59,208 bases of DNA from an uncultured Acetobacter sp. (GTDB taxonomy: Bacteria; Pseudomonadota; Alphaproteobacteria; RF32; CAG-239): positions 1,167 through 60,374 of the forward strand of contig CAYQDC010000003.1 of NCBI GenBank assembly GCA_964416205.1. The letters are read 5' to 3'. Under the pieces are notes generated by a model. The model was not told where the DNA came from and did not search any database. It worked only from the letters and a program-made list of their open reading frames with translations. Each line of letters begins with the position of its first letter. Positions within the stretch are counted from its first letter, which is position 1. This document shows, in pieces, positions 29,678-38,133 of the stretch. Position numbers and translations under genes: made by a program.

Positions 29678-29977
29678 CTATCTTCCTTGCTCTTTTACCC
29701 TTTATTGATAAAAAAAACTGCGCCAGTGTGCGAACCCTCGCTGACTGACGGCACTCCGCAGAGTGTTATTTTTGTTTCAAAAACTGAGTTGATATTAGAA
29801 AAAAAAATGCGAGAGTCAAGTTCTTTTTGCAGGCTTTTTGTGCTTTTTTTCATATAAACTGCTTTAATGAACGGCTCTTCTCGGAAAGCAGCGTATTTTT
29901 GGCTTGCATATTGGATTTTGTTTGTTAATATGCGGATAGCTTGATCAATACCCAAAGTCGGGAGATTTAAAACTAAA

Positions 29978-31567
29978 ATGTCTGAAAATATTGTCAGCAA
30001 AAGAAAAACATTCGCTATTATTTCTCACCCGGATGCTGGTAAGACGACATTAACCGAAAAACTTTTGTTATTCGGTGGTGCCATTCAGCAAGCCGGTGCG
30101 GTTAAAGCACGCGGCGAAAACCGACGTGCCCGTTCAGACTGGATGAAAGTGGAACAAGAGAGGGGTATTTCTGTTGCTTCATCTGTTATGACGTTTGAAT
30201 ACCAGGATACAACTTTTAATCTGCTTGATACGCCGGGGCATGAGGACTTTTCGGAAGATACCTATCGGGTTCTGACCGCGGTAGACTCAGCAGTTATGGT
30301 CATAGACTCGGCAAAGGGTATTGAGGCACAAACGAAAAAGCTGTTTGAGGTGTGCCGTCTGCGTAACATTCCTATTATTACTTTTATCAACAAAATGGAT
30401 CGTGAAGGTCTGGATCCGTTTTTGTTGCTTGACGATATTGAAAAAACGCTGGCACTTGATGTCTGTCCAGCTAGTTGGCCCATTGGCAGTGGCAAAGATT
30501 TTCTCGGATGTTATGACCTGCTTAACGACCAGCTTATCCTGATGAACAAAACCGGCAATAAGGGACAACTCAACAGCGTGATTGAAACATGCAAAGGTTT
30601 AAATGACCCGAAATTGGATACACTTCTACCGGCACATGCAGTAGCGAAACTCAGAGAAGATGTTACCATGATTAAAGAGTTATGCCAACCTTTTGATATG
30701 GAACTCTATCTGGCAGGTGCGCTGACGCCGGTATTTTTTGGCAGTGCCATTAATAACTTCGGTGTTAAAGAAGTTCTGGAAGGCTTGCATACACTCGCCC
30801 CTGCCCCGCGTCCGCAGCCGGCAGCAGAACGAATCGTTAATGCCGAAGAGAAAAAAGTTACTGGCTTTATCTTTAAAATCCAAGCAAATATGGATCCTAA
30901 ACATCGCGACCGAATTGCTTTTATGCGTATTTGTTCCGGACATTTTAAAAGAGGAATGTCGTTGCTCCAGGTGCGTACCGGAAAACCGATTAAAATTCCA
31001 ACTCCAGTTATGTTTTTGGCTCAAGAACGCGAACTGGCCGAAGATGCTTTTTCCGGAGATATTATCGGTATACCGAACCACGGGCAACTCAGAATCGGCG
31101 ATACTTTGACTGAAGGTGAAAAATTACATTTTACGGGTATTCCCAGTTTTGCGCCGGAACTCTTAAAATCGGTACGGGCGCTTGATCCGCTTAAATCAAA
31201 ACATCTCGGCAACGCTTTGCAACAAATTGCCGAAGAAGGCGGAGCCAGCGTCTTTAAGCCGATTATCGGTTCGGAATGGATTGTCGGCGTGGTCGGCGTG
31301 TTGCAATTTGAAGTTATGGCTGACCGTATACGCACCGAATTTAATATACCAGTCGTGTTTGAATCGACGCAATATTACACAGCGCGCTGGATTTCCTGCG
31401 GTAATAAAAATATCCTGGAAAAATTTATTGATGCCAACCAAGCCAATATTGCCGATGATCATGACGGCGAAAAGGTATTTTTAGCCCGTAACGCCTGGCA
31501 TCTTAACAAAGCGAAAGAGGATTTTCCGCAAATTGAACTCCGCGCCACGCGCGAACAAGTGTTTTGA
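29978..31567 (+). CDS. prfC: Peptide chain release factor 3
   Basis: RKTFAIISHPDAGKTTLTEKLLLFGGAIQ, DTPGHEDF, NKMD. 529 aa. Confidence 0.96.
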   Translation: MSENIVSKRKTFAIISHPDAGKTTLTEKLLLFGGAIQQAGAVKARGENRRARSDWMKVEQERGISVASSVMTFEYQDTTFNLLDTPGHEDFSEDTYRVLTAVDSAVMVIDSAKGIEAQTKKLFEVCRLRNIPIITFINKMDREGLDPFLLLDDIEKTLALDVCPASWPIGSGKDFLGCYDLLNDQLILMNKTGNKGQLNSVIETCKGLNDPKLDTLLPAHAVAKLREDVTMIKELCQPFDMELYLAGALTPVFFGSAINNFGVKEVLEGLHTLAPAPRPQPAAERIVNAEEKKVTGFIFKIQANMDPKHRDRIAFMRICSGHFKRGMSLLQVRTGKPIKIPTPVMFLAQERELAEDAFSGDIIGIPNHGQLRIGDTLTEGEKLHFTGIPSFAPELLKSVRALDPLKSKHLGNALQQIAEEGGASVFKPIIGSEWIVGVVGVLQFEVMADRIRTEFNIPVVFESTQYYTARWISCGNKNILEKFIDANQANIADDHDGEKVFLARNAWHLNKAKEDFPQIELRATREQVF

Positions 31568-31605
31568 GCTTTTTTGTTTGTAGGAGTTTACATAAATAAT
31601 ACCAA

Positions 31606-31640
31606 AGCCAGAAACCATGCTATTCGGTTTTCGGCTTTTT
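31606..31640. terminator. Imperfect hairpin plus T-run shared by the convergent prfC and rgpF-like genes
   Basis: AGCCAGAAACC-loop-GGTTTTCGGCT followed by TTTTT. Overlaps the last codons of the minus-strand gene. Confidence 0.4.
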
Positions 31641-32465
31641 GCTTTTGTAGACCTGAATGCCTAAAATTTTGTATAATTCCTTTTCCGGGGTTTGTTTGTG
31701 ATACCATACAAACTTATGGACTTTATACCAAAGATGATGCAAACATGACACTTTCTGTCCGTCAAAACTTTTTATTCCGAGCCTCGCTAAACCAACAAGA
31801 TTACCCAATAGGTGTTCGAAAACATGTGCCAGTGATCCTTTTTCGTTTCTGTTGGTTATTGAAAAATCATTTATATTTATTTTTCCCACTATAGGGTAAA
31901 ATATTTTTGCTTTTGCGGCAAACATCGTCCCGGATATATATTCTTTTATCTTTAATTGTTTTGTTCCCAGTATCTCTTCCCATTCGTTCATGCGACTCTC
32001 ATATTGTTGAATTTCATTCGGCAATATGAGCCTGGCATCTGCAATCATTCCACAATCTTTTTCAGATAATGTTTGTAAACTTTTTTGCCAATTTGCCGTC
32101 GTTGAACAAAAACGCAACAAATATGCCCTCCACTTTGAACCGCTCACATCAAATCCATTGATATACCAAGGATATGTTGTTATATTTCTTTTCGTATGCA
32201 ATTTGATGACATAATCATATTGTTTCAGATTTACCAGATTCAAAACATATATAAAAGGGCCGACATCATATCCTCTATTTTCGGATACAATAAATTTTGC
32301 CGGGCAAAGCAACTCCCCCCCCCATTTTTCTCTCTTATTGTAATTTTCCGCGGGCATTGTTATATAGGCTTCGCACTCAGCTGTCCTAGCAATTATGTTA
32401 ATGCAATTTTTCAGTTCTTGCCATAAATCATGATAATAGACATGTGCATGAATTAGAATTTTCAT
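31620..32465 (-). CDS. RgpF-like (rhamnan synthesis protein F family) glycosyltransferase, contains a G9 tract
   Basis: ILIHAHVYYHDLWQEL ... ENRGYDVGPFIYVL ... YDYVIKLHTKRN matches the RgpF family pattern (HLYY..., NRGRDIxPF, KxHTKKS). Confidence 0.85.
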   Translation of the reverse strand: MKILIHAHVYYHDLWQELKNCINIIARTAECEAYITMPAENYNKREKWGGELLCPAKFIVSENRGYDVGPFIYVLNLVNLKQYDYVIKLHTKRNITTYPWYINGFDVSGSKWRAYLLRFCSTTANWQKSLQTLSEKDCGMIADARLILPNEIQQYESRMNEWEEILGTKQLKIKEYISGTMFAAKAKIFYPIVGKININDFSITNRNEKGSLAHVFEHLLGNLVGLARLGIKSFDGQKVSCLHHLWYKVHKFVWYHKQTPEKELYKILGIQVYKSKKPKTE

Positions 32466-33694
32466 TGTGTTTTATTTCTCCAGTTTTTCCACTTTTGTTT
32501 TATTTTTCTTTTCCATGGTACATAGGCTTTTGCCATTCTGAACAATCTGATAGCCAATAATGGATCCTGTTTCATCAAAAACTTGTTGTATGATATTTGT
32601 GTATATTTTTTCATGTATTCTTTAATGAATATCTTACAATTTTTTTTTGAAATATATCCAACAAGCTCTTTTGATACTTTCAGGCCTTTGTTTCGGCAAA
32701 AATCATCAAATTCTTCTGTTATACCTAACAGCCACGGTCCAATAGCATGGTCAATAGCAAATGGGTTCATGTTTGCGCCGATACTATACCAATCTGCATT
32801 TAATGCCTGATGGACAATAGTCTGTTCTTGAACAGACATATCGCTTCGTTCCAGTATAAACGATTGTATGCCAGAGGAGGCAAAAACTTCCAAATGCATC
32901 GCCGTACCACTGACGCCGGCTATTGTTTCCGCCCCTTTTATGTATGCTATTTGTTTTTTTAACGGCAATTTTTCCGGGTATATGATTTTGAAACCGTTAT
33001 CTTTAAAAAGCTTTTCTATTATATCTTCCCCCAAACATCGATCGCCTTTGGTTAGTTTTGTCCTTGAGAGATAAATCTTTTTAGCCTGTTCTCCCACTAC
33101 TTTGCTACTTATGTATTGAAAAGGCGCTAAAAATTTTTCATTATAGGCATGACAGAATGTATGGCTCGGAGCCGGAACATAAACTTTGGCAAAGCGACAC
33201 GTTTTCTTAATCAGATGCACTCTTTCCCGCGGAATGCCTAATAACTCTATAAATTCCCAAAATTGTTTTGTAGCAGGTTGCTTTTTGGATAAGATGAATG
33301 CGAGCTCCAACTCCTGATGTTCCAACCAGTACCACAGGCGGTTGGTACTCTCCATCAAAAAATGTCCAAAATGATTTACTAATAACCCCGCATATATAAT
33401 TTCTTTTTCACTATATTCAACATCTTGCCGGACTATTGAGTATCCTTGCATTAAAGAACCACTGGTCTCACCGCGCCAATTTTGGGACATTGTAACAAAA
33501 TTCCCATCTTTATCTAATACGCCACCAGTAAATATCGGAACATTTTCATCATTTATTTGTTTTTTAGCTGGTAGAATAACTCCGCCATCAACAATCTCTA
33601 CTTGCTTTTTTTGATTATCAAAATAATTTTTAGTCAGTACTTCCGTAAATTTTTCCCGGTATTTCTCTGTAATATATATCTTTTTGTCTTCCAT
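32462..33694 (-). CDS. Glycosyltransferase family 61 / DUF563 protein
   Basis: NHFGHFLMESTNRLWYWLE and IAGVSGTAMHLEVF resemble the GT61 HxxxE...LxRL and GxHGAxLxNxxF patterns. ATGA overlap with the downstream rgpF-like gene. Confidence 0.75.
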   Translation of the reverse strand: MEDKKIYITEKYREKFTEVLTKNYFDNQKKQVEIVDGGVILPAKKQINDENVPIFTGGVLDKDGNFVTMSQNWRGETSGSLMQGYSIVRQDVEYSEKEIIYAGLLVNHFGHFLMESTNRLWYWLEHQELELAFILSKKQPATKQFWEFIELLGIPRERVHLIKKTCRFAKVYVPAPSHTFCHAYNEKFLAPFQYISSKVVGEQAKKIYLSRTKLTKGDRCLGEDIIEKLFKDNGFKIIYPEKLPLKKQIAYIKGAETIAGVSGTAMHLEVFASSGIQSFILERSDMSVQEQTIVHQALNADWYSIGANMNPFAIDHAIGPWLLGITEEFDDFCRNKGLKVSKELVGYISKKNCKIFIKEYMKKYTQISYNKFLMKQDPLLAIRLFRMAKAYVPWKRKIKQKWKNWRNKTQ

Positions 33695-33880
33695 AGTTCC
33701 TCTTAAGTTACTGTAAAAAAAGTGTCATTTTTTTTAAGCACGACAGGCATTAAACAGTACTTACCTAAAAGAGGGATAACTAATTATAATTTGTGGATAA
33801 AATTAAATTATTATTAAAGAATATCTATAAAAGTATACTTTAAAAGAAAGTACCCTTTTTTTAGCAGTTTTAACTTTCTA

Positions 33881-34354
33881 TCATTCATCTTTTATCTTTT
33901 TTTTGCTTTTATTTTCAAAATAATGCTGTGGTTTAAAATCTCTGGCGAAGGTAAACTTATCCTGCCCGTTAATACTGGTGATTTTCGGATTTTGCAATAT
34001 CTCCGGCAGTTCGGTGGTACAGAATGTGCTCCGTTCATCGGCTCCATCTACAAAGGCGTTTATATTTCCAGAAGCAGCTCTTATGTAGCGCGATGAAGCT
34101 TTGCACCAGATTTTGGTAATTTCTTCGCCTACCTCATCAACTCTGCCCTCCAATCCCAAAGCAATCAGTTCTTTGCCACAAGGTGTATCATCAAGCATTT
34201 GCGCTCCAGTGTGGCTGCGAACAAAAGCCAATGCTTTTTCTTTATTTTCTGAGGTTGGCATATAACTGATACTATATACCACTGCACCACCATGAACAGT
34301 TGTAACATGGCTTTCTTCAGCTATTACCCATGCTCTATTCAGCAATGTGCTCAT
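33881..34354 (-). CDS. Minimal ADP-ribosyl cyclase/CD38-like (ARC fold) protein, candidate NAD+ glycohydrolase/cyclase
   Basis: Motifs collinear with human CD38. VVYS ~ LLWS(W125,S126). MLDDT ~ TLEDT(E146). IWCKASSRYIRAA ~ FWKTVSRRFAEAA(W189,S193). NAFVDGA ~ HVMLNGS. RSTFCTTE ~ NSTFGSVE(T221,F222,E226). The start overlaps the upstream gene by 20 nt. Confidence 0.6.
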   Translation of the reverse strand: MSTLLNRAWVIAEESHVTTVHGGAVVYSISYMPTSENKEKALAFVRSHTGAQMLDDTPCGKELIALGLEGRVDEVGEEITKIWCKASSRYIRAASGNINAFVDGADERSTFCTTELPEILQNPKITSINGQDKFTFARDFKPQHYFENKSKKKIKDE

Positions 34355-35621
34355 TATTTATTATTTCCTTCTTCTGGTCGGATGGGACACTATCCGCAAC
34401 CTCTCCCTGTACAGTTCGACTATCTTCTACTTTATCAGCAACGGCCGTTTGGGCAGTTTCTTTTGCTATTTGCGGTGCGGCCATCAAATTGAACAGCGTA
34501 ATTTCTGCCGGAGCGAAAATACGCATCGGCGGCCCCCAATATCTGGTTCCGCGGGAAACGTACATTTTTATACCGTTTTTATTATAAAACCCGGCCAAAA
34601 CGCCATCGTTGGCAGCTTCCACAAAATAATGAAACGGATATATCTGTCCACCGTGTGTATGGCCGGACAACTGTAAATCTACATTTTCCGCTGTTAGCCC
34701 TTCTGCAATTTTCGGTGTATGCGACAGCAAAATGACAAAATCGTCCTTTTCCGCTTTATAAAGGGCATTTTCTGTCTTTATTGGCATATTGATCCGTTGT
34801 GCCGCGTTGATGTCTGGAATGCCGGCAAGATAAATCCCCGTATCGCCTACCTTCTCACCATAATTATTCAAAAAGCGAAAATATAATCCAGAAAATCCCA
34901 TGGCCCATTCTCTGGCACCGGCATAAAATTCATGATTGCCCAGAACAATATATACCGGCCCGTTTTCTTCCAGTTTTTTCAACTCCTGCATTTGATTATA
35001 TAACCTGGCCGGTGTATTATCTACCGTATCTCCAACAATCACCACCATATCAGGTTGCAGTTTTTTCACACGGTTGACAATCTTTTCTATGGTTTTTGGA
35101 GATGTGTCTACGTCAATATGCAAATCCGAAAGCATAACCAGTTTGGTGTTTTTCTTAATTTTCGGCGAAGAAATATCATAGGTTTTAACGGTTGGAATTT
35201 TTGTAGCCTCAAACACACCGTACAAGCAAAATAGCAGAGCAAATGCCAGCGTGTATAAATTAACCTTTTGCAGCAAAAGCGGGTTTTTCATTTCGTTTAT
35301 CGGGACGCGGCGTATCAAATCTACTATCATCCATCCGGTATCGCGAATAAAACTGACTATAAACAAAAAGAAAACATAGCCAAATAAAAAATATAAGACA
35401 TCAGTCAGATGTATGAGCACTCCGCTTAGTTCCAGTCTGCGAACGGCAAATCCAATAAACGGTGCGCTCCAACCGACAAGCAAAAATAACAGGAAACTAA
35501 GTTTTATCCCCCAACCGTAATTTCCGTATCCGACATAAGTTTTGTATGTAATAGCAATAACTGCAATGGCGACGATTAAAAATGCAATATCTGCCGGCAT
35601 CTCTTTCCTCCCTTTCGGCAT
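34335..35621 (-). CDS. Membrane-anchored calcineurin-like metallophosphoesterase
   Basis: About 140 aa with 4-5 hydrophobic helices, then LSDLHID, VIVGDTVDN, LGNHEFY, LLSHTP, SGHTHGGQ. Acidic C-terminal tail of about 45 aa. Confidence 0.88.
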   Translation of the reverse strand: MPKGRKEMPADIAFLIVAIAVIAITYKTYVGYGNYGWGIKLSFLLFLLVGWSAPFIGFAVRRLELSGVLIHLTDVLYFLFGYVFFLFIVSFIRDTGWMIVDLIRRVPINEMKNPLLLQKVNLYTLAFALLFCLYGVFEATKIPTVKTYDISSPKIKKNTKLVMLSDLHIDVDTSPKTIEKIVNRVKKLQPDMVVIVGDTVDNTPARLYNQMQELKKLEENGPVYIVLGNHEFYAGAREWAMGFSGLYFRFLNNYGEKVGDTGIYLAGIPDINAAQRINMPIKTENALYKAEKDDFVILLSHTPKIAEGLTAENVDLQLSGHTHGGQIYPFHYFVEAANDGVLAGFYNKNGIKMYVSRGTRYWGPPMRIFAPAEITLFNLMAAPQIAKETAQTAVADKVEDSRTVQGEVADSVPSDQKKEIINNEHIAE

Positions 35622-35638
35622 TTGTGTTTCGCTTTTTC

Positions 35639-36160
35639 TTATGCTTCTGTTACTTTTTTACGCGGTGTAGCGGTTCTGCGACGTACGATTTTTTTGACTT
35701 TCGGTGCTTCTGTTTCCGGCGTCTGCTCTTCAGAAATTTCTACTACCTGAAAAGTTTTAGCCGTGGTAGGTTCAGATGAAGCCGGCAAAGTTTCTACGTA
35801 GCCATTTGCTTCAGCAACTGGCTCTACCGGAGTGACAGTATTGGCTTCTTCCGTTTCCGGCGTTTCTCCTACGCCCCCGGATGCATTTTCTTCCGTATGG
35901 TTCATCTGCTCCTGACGCGCTTGACGACGTTCGTTAATCTCTGTTACGATTTTACGATAGTGTTCTGCATACTGGCGGTATATTTCCATATCCACATAGT
36001 TGCCACTCCCTTGCGCTTCTTTAGCCAAGTCATTGTAGCGACGTATCAAATCCAATGCTGTACCGCTGATCTTGCCGGCGATGCTCACACTGTCAAATTT
36101 ATAGTTTAATGTGTAACCGTTGTTACCATTACTGCGAAATCTATTGTTCTGTTTTTTCAT
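35639..36160 (-). CDS. DUF4167 domain protein
   Basis: Basic N-terminus, then ALDLIRRYNDLAKEAQGSGNYVDMEIYRQYAEHYRKIV, as I recall for the alphaproteobacterial DUF4167 family often found next to prmC. Confidence 0.7.
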   Translation of the reverse strand: MKKQNNRFRSNGNNGYTLNYKFDSVSIAGKISGTALDLIRRYNDLAKEAQGSGNYVDMEIYRQYAEHYRKIVTEINERRQARQEQMNHTEENASGGVGETPETEEANTVTPVEPVAEANGYVETLPASSEPTTAKTFQVVEISEEQTPETEAPKVKKIVRRRTATPRKKVTEA

Positions 36161-36297
36161 ATAATCCTACAATCACGACGAGCTCGGAAAGCCCGTCTAC
36201 CATTAAATTAAAAAAAGGAAAGAACGGCACGCTCCTCGAATAAAACTGCGTACCCGATACAATGTCGTATATAACCTACTAAAATTTATTTTGCAAC

Positions 36298-37146
36298 CTA
36301 TTTTTTCAATATCACACACCTGTTAATACCTGCTAAATCTTTGGCCTTTTCAACTAGTTCCAATCCACACTGGACGAATATATCAGCAATGTTCTCAGCC
36401 TGCCCAGCGCCACTTTCCAACAGAATGTAGCCCCCTTTTTGCAAAATTAAAGGGGTAAATGCGGCAATTTCACGGTAGCAACTATAGCCGTCGACACCGC
36501 CATCCAATGCAACTATCGGATCAAAATCCCTTACTTCCTTATCAAGACCTGCTATTTCATCATGTGCTATATATGGTGGATTGGAAACAATCATATCAAA
36601 ACTGTCGGGTGGAAATGACATATCGTTCCAACTGCCAACTACCAAATGACACCGTCCGGCAATATCAAGAGCTTCAGCATTTTCTGCAGCAACAGCCAGT
36701 GCTGCTGGTGATATATCCAGACCGACGCCGTTGGCTTGCTTTCTTTCCGCCAACAACGACAATAATATGCAGCCACTGCCTGTTCCTAAATCCAAAATAC
36801 GGCTTTCTTTATTTTCCGGTAGTAGCGATAAAGCTTTTTCTACCAATATTTCCGTATCTGGACGAGGCGATAGGACATTATGATTTACTTTGAACACAGA
36901 TTTGTAAAATTCACGATAACCGATAATTTTATCCAGTGGCTCATGATGCGAACGCCGGAATAACATGGCATATGCCGCGGCTTTTTCTCCAGCTGTCAGG
37001 TTCGGATATGATGGTGCAGTGTTCTTTAAAATAATACTAGCTTCCAAACGCGGTGAGGCAATTTGGGCAGCAGACAATTGTTTTATTAAGTCTTCCCGTA
37101 CGTCCGTACCTTTTTCCGAAAATTGGCTTTGAAACATTTTTTCCAT
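36298..37146 (-). CDS. prmC: Release factor glutamine N5-methyltransferase
   Basis: ILDLGTGSGCILLSL SAM motif and VSNPPYI catalytic motif. Start overlaps the rpoH stop (TAATG). Confidence 0.92.
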   Translation of the reverse strand: MEKMFQSQFSEKGTDVREDLIKQLSAAQIASPRLEASIILKNTAPSYPNLTAGEKAAAYAMLFRRSHHEPLDKIIGYREFYKSVFKVNHNVLSPRPDTEILVEKALSLLPENKESRILDLGTGSGCILLSLLAERKQANGVGLDISPAALAVAAENAEALDIAGRCHLVVGSWNDMSFPPDSFDMIVSNPPYIAHDEIAGLDKEVRDFDPIVALDGGVDGYSCYREIAAFTPLILQKGGYILLESGAGQAENIADIFVQCGLELVEKAKDLAGINRCVILKK

Positions 37147-38042
37147 TATGCCGCCATAGATTTTTTGACTTCATCAGAAAGTTTGTTAAAGGCTTTCTTT
37201 TCTATCTGGCGTACACGCTCACGACTTATGTTAAAGCGGGCACCGATATCATCCAGAGTGCTCGGCCTCTCGGTCAGCATACGGTTCTTAATGATGTATT
37301 GCTCGCGTTCGTCCAGTTTTTGCAGACATTGTGCCAAAATCCTGGCTTTATATGCATGTTCCTGGCGGGCGGCCAGTTTTCCTTCTATATTTTCTCGACC
37401 GTCTATAACCATATCAATTTTTTCGCGGCCGTTTTCATCATCACCAATACTAACGTTTAACGAGCTGTCACCACCGATACGCCGGTTCATTTCTTTGACA
37501 TCCTTCTCATCCACCAGCAGTTCATTAGCAATGGCCTTGACAACTTTCGGCTCTAATTCTTTATTTTCGTAAATTCCCAATCGTGCCTTTATCCGGCTTA
37601 GATTGTAAAACAATTTCTTTTGCGCAGCAACAGTGCCTATTTTTACCAATGACCATGAACGCAAAATATAATCGTTTATTGCTGCTTTTATCCACCATAT
37701 TGCATAGGTAGCCAGACGAACTTTCTTTTCGCGGTCAAACTTTTTTACAGCCTGCATCAAGCCGATATTTGCTTCAGAAATGACATCTGACATCGGTAAT
37801 CCGTACCGACGATAGGTTAAAGCTATTTTGGCAGCCAGACGGAGATGGGAAGTTATTAATTTTTGTGCTGCTAACAAGTCTCCCTTGATTTGAAAGTCGT
37901 TAATCAATCTCTTTTCTTCTTCTTCTGTTAAAATCGGAAACTTTTTTATTTGTTCCAAATAGCTGTGCAAACCGCTTTCTTCTACCACCATGGGTAGCTG
38001 CGTTTTTTTATTGATGATGACTAACTCTTTATGTTCGCTCAT
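37146..38042 (-). CDS. rpoH: RNA polymerase sigma-32 factor
   Basis: SHLRLAAKIALTYRRYGLPMSDVISEANIGLMQAVKKFD (region 2). RpoH-box-like AQKKLFYNLSRIK. Region 4 RFNISRERVRQIEKKA. Confidence 0.93.
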   Translation of the reverse strand: MSEHKELVIINKKTQLPMVVEESGLHSYLEQIKKFPILTEEEEKRLINDFQIKGDLLAAQKLITSHLRLAAKIALTYRRYGLPMSDVISEANIGLMQAVKKFDREKKVRLATYAIWWIKAAINDYILRSWSLVKIGTVAAQKKLFYNLSRIKARLGIYENKELEPKVVKAIANELLVDEKDVKEMNRRIGGDSSLNVSIGDDENGREKIDMVIDGRENIEGKLAARQEHAYKARILAQCLQKLDEREQYIIKNRMLTERPSTLDDIGARFNISRERVRQIEKKAFNKLSDEVKKSMAA

Positions 38043-38133
38043 GTTTCCCTTTCAGACTCTTCCGACATATCCGAGCAACATTTATTGCACCAATGTTTAT
38101 ATTTATATTGTCCTTTTGACAAAATCAAGTTTT

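Noticed and set aside
29678-29977. SRP (4.5S) RNA next to ffh
   Set aside because: The conserved GGUCAGGUCCGGAAGGAAGCAGCC-like domain IV motif is absent, and the hairpin found there does not match it.
29695-30000. 101-aa minus-strand ORF in the ffh/prfC intergenic region
   Set aside because: It overlaps the prfC start, has low-complexity AT-driven composition, and has no RBS. The region is better explained as promoters plus the hairpin element.
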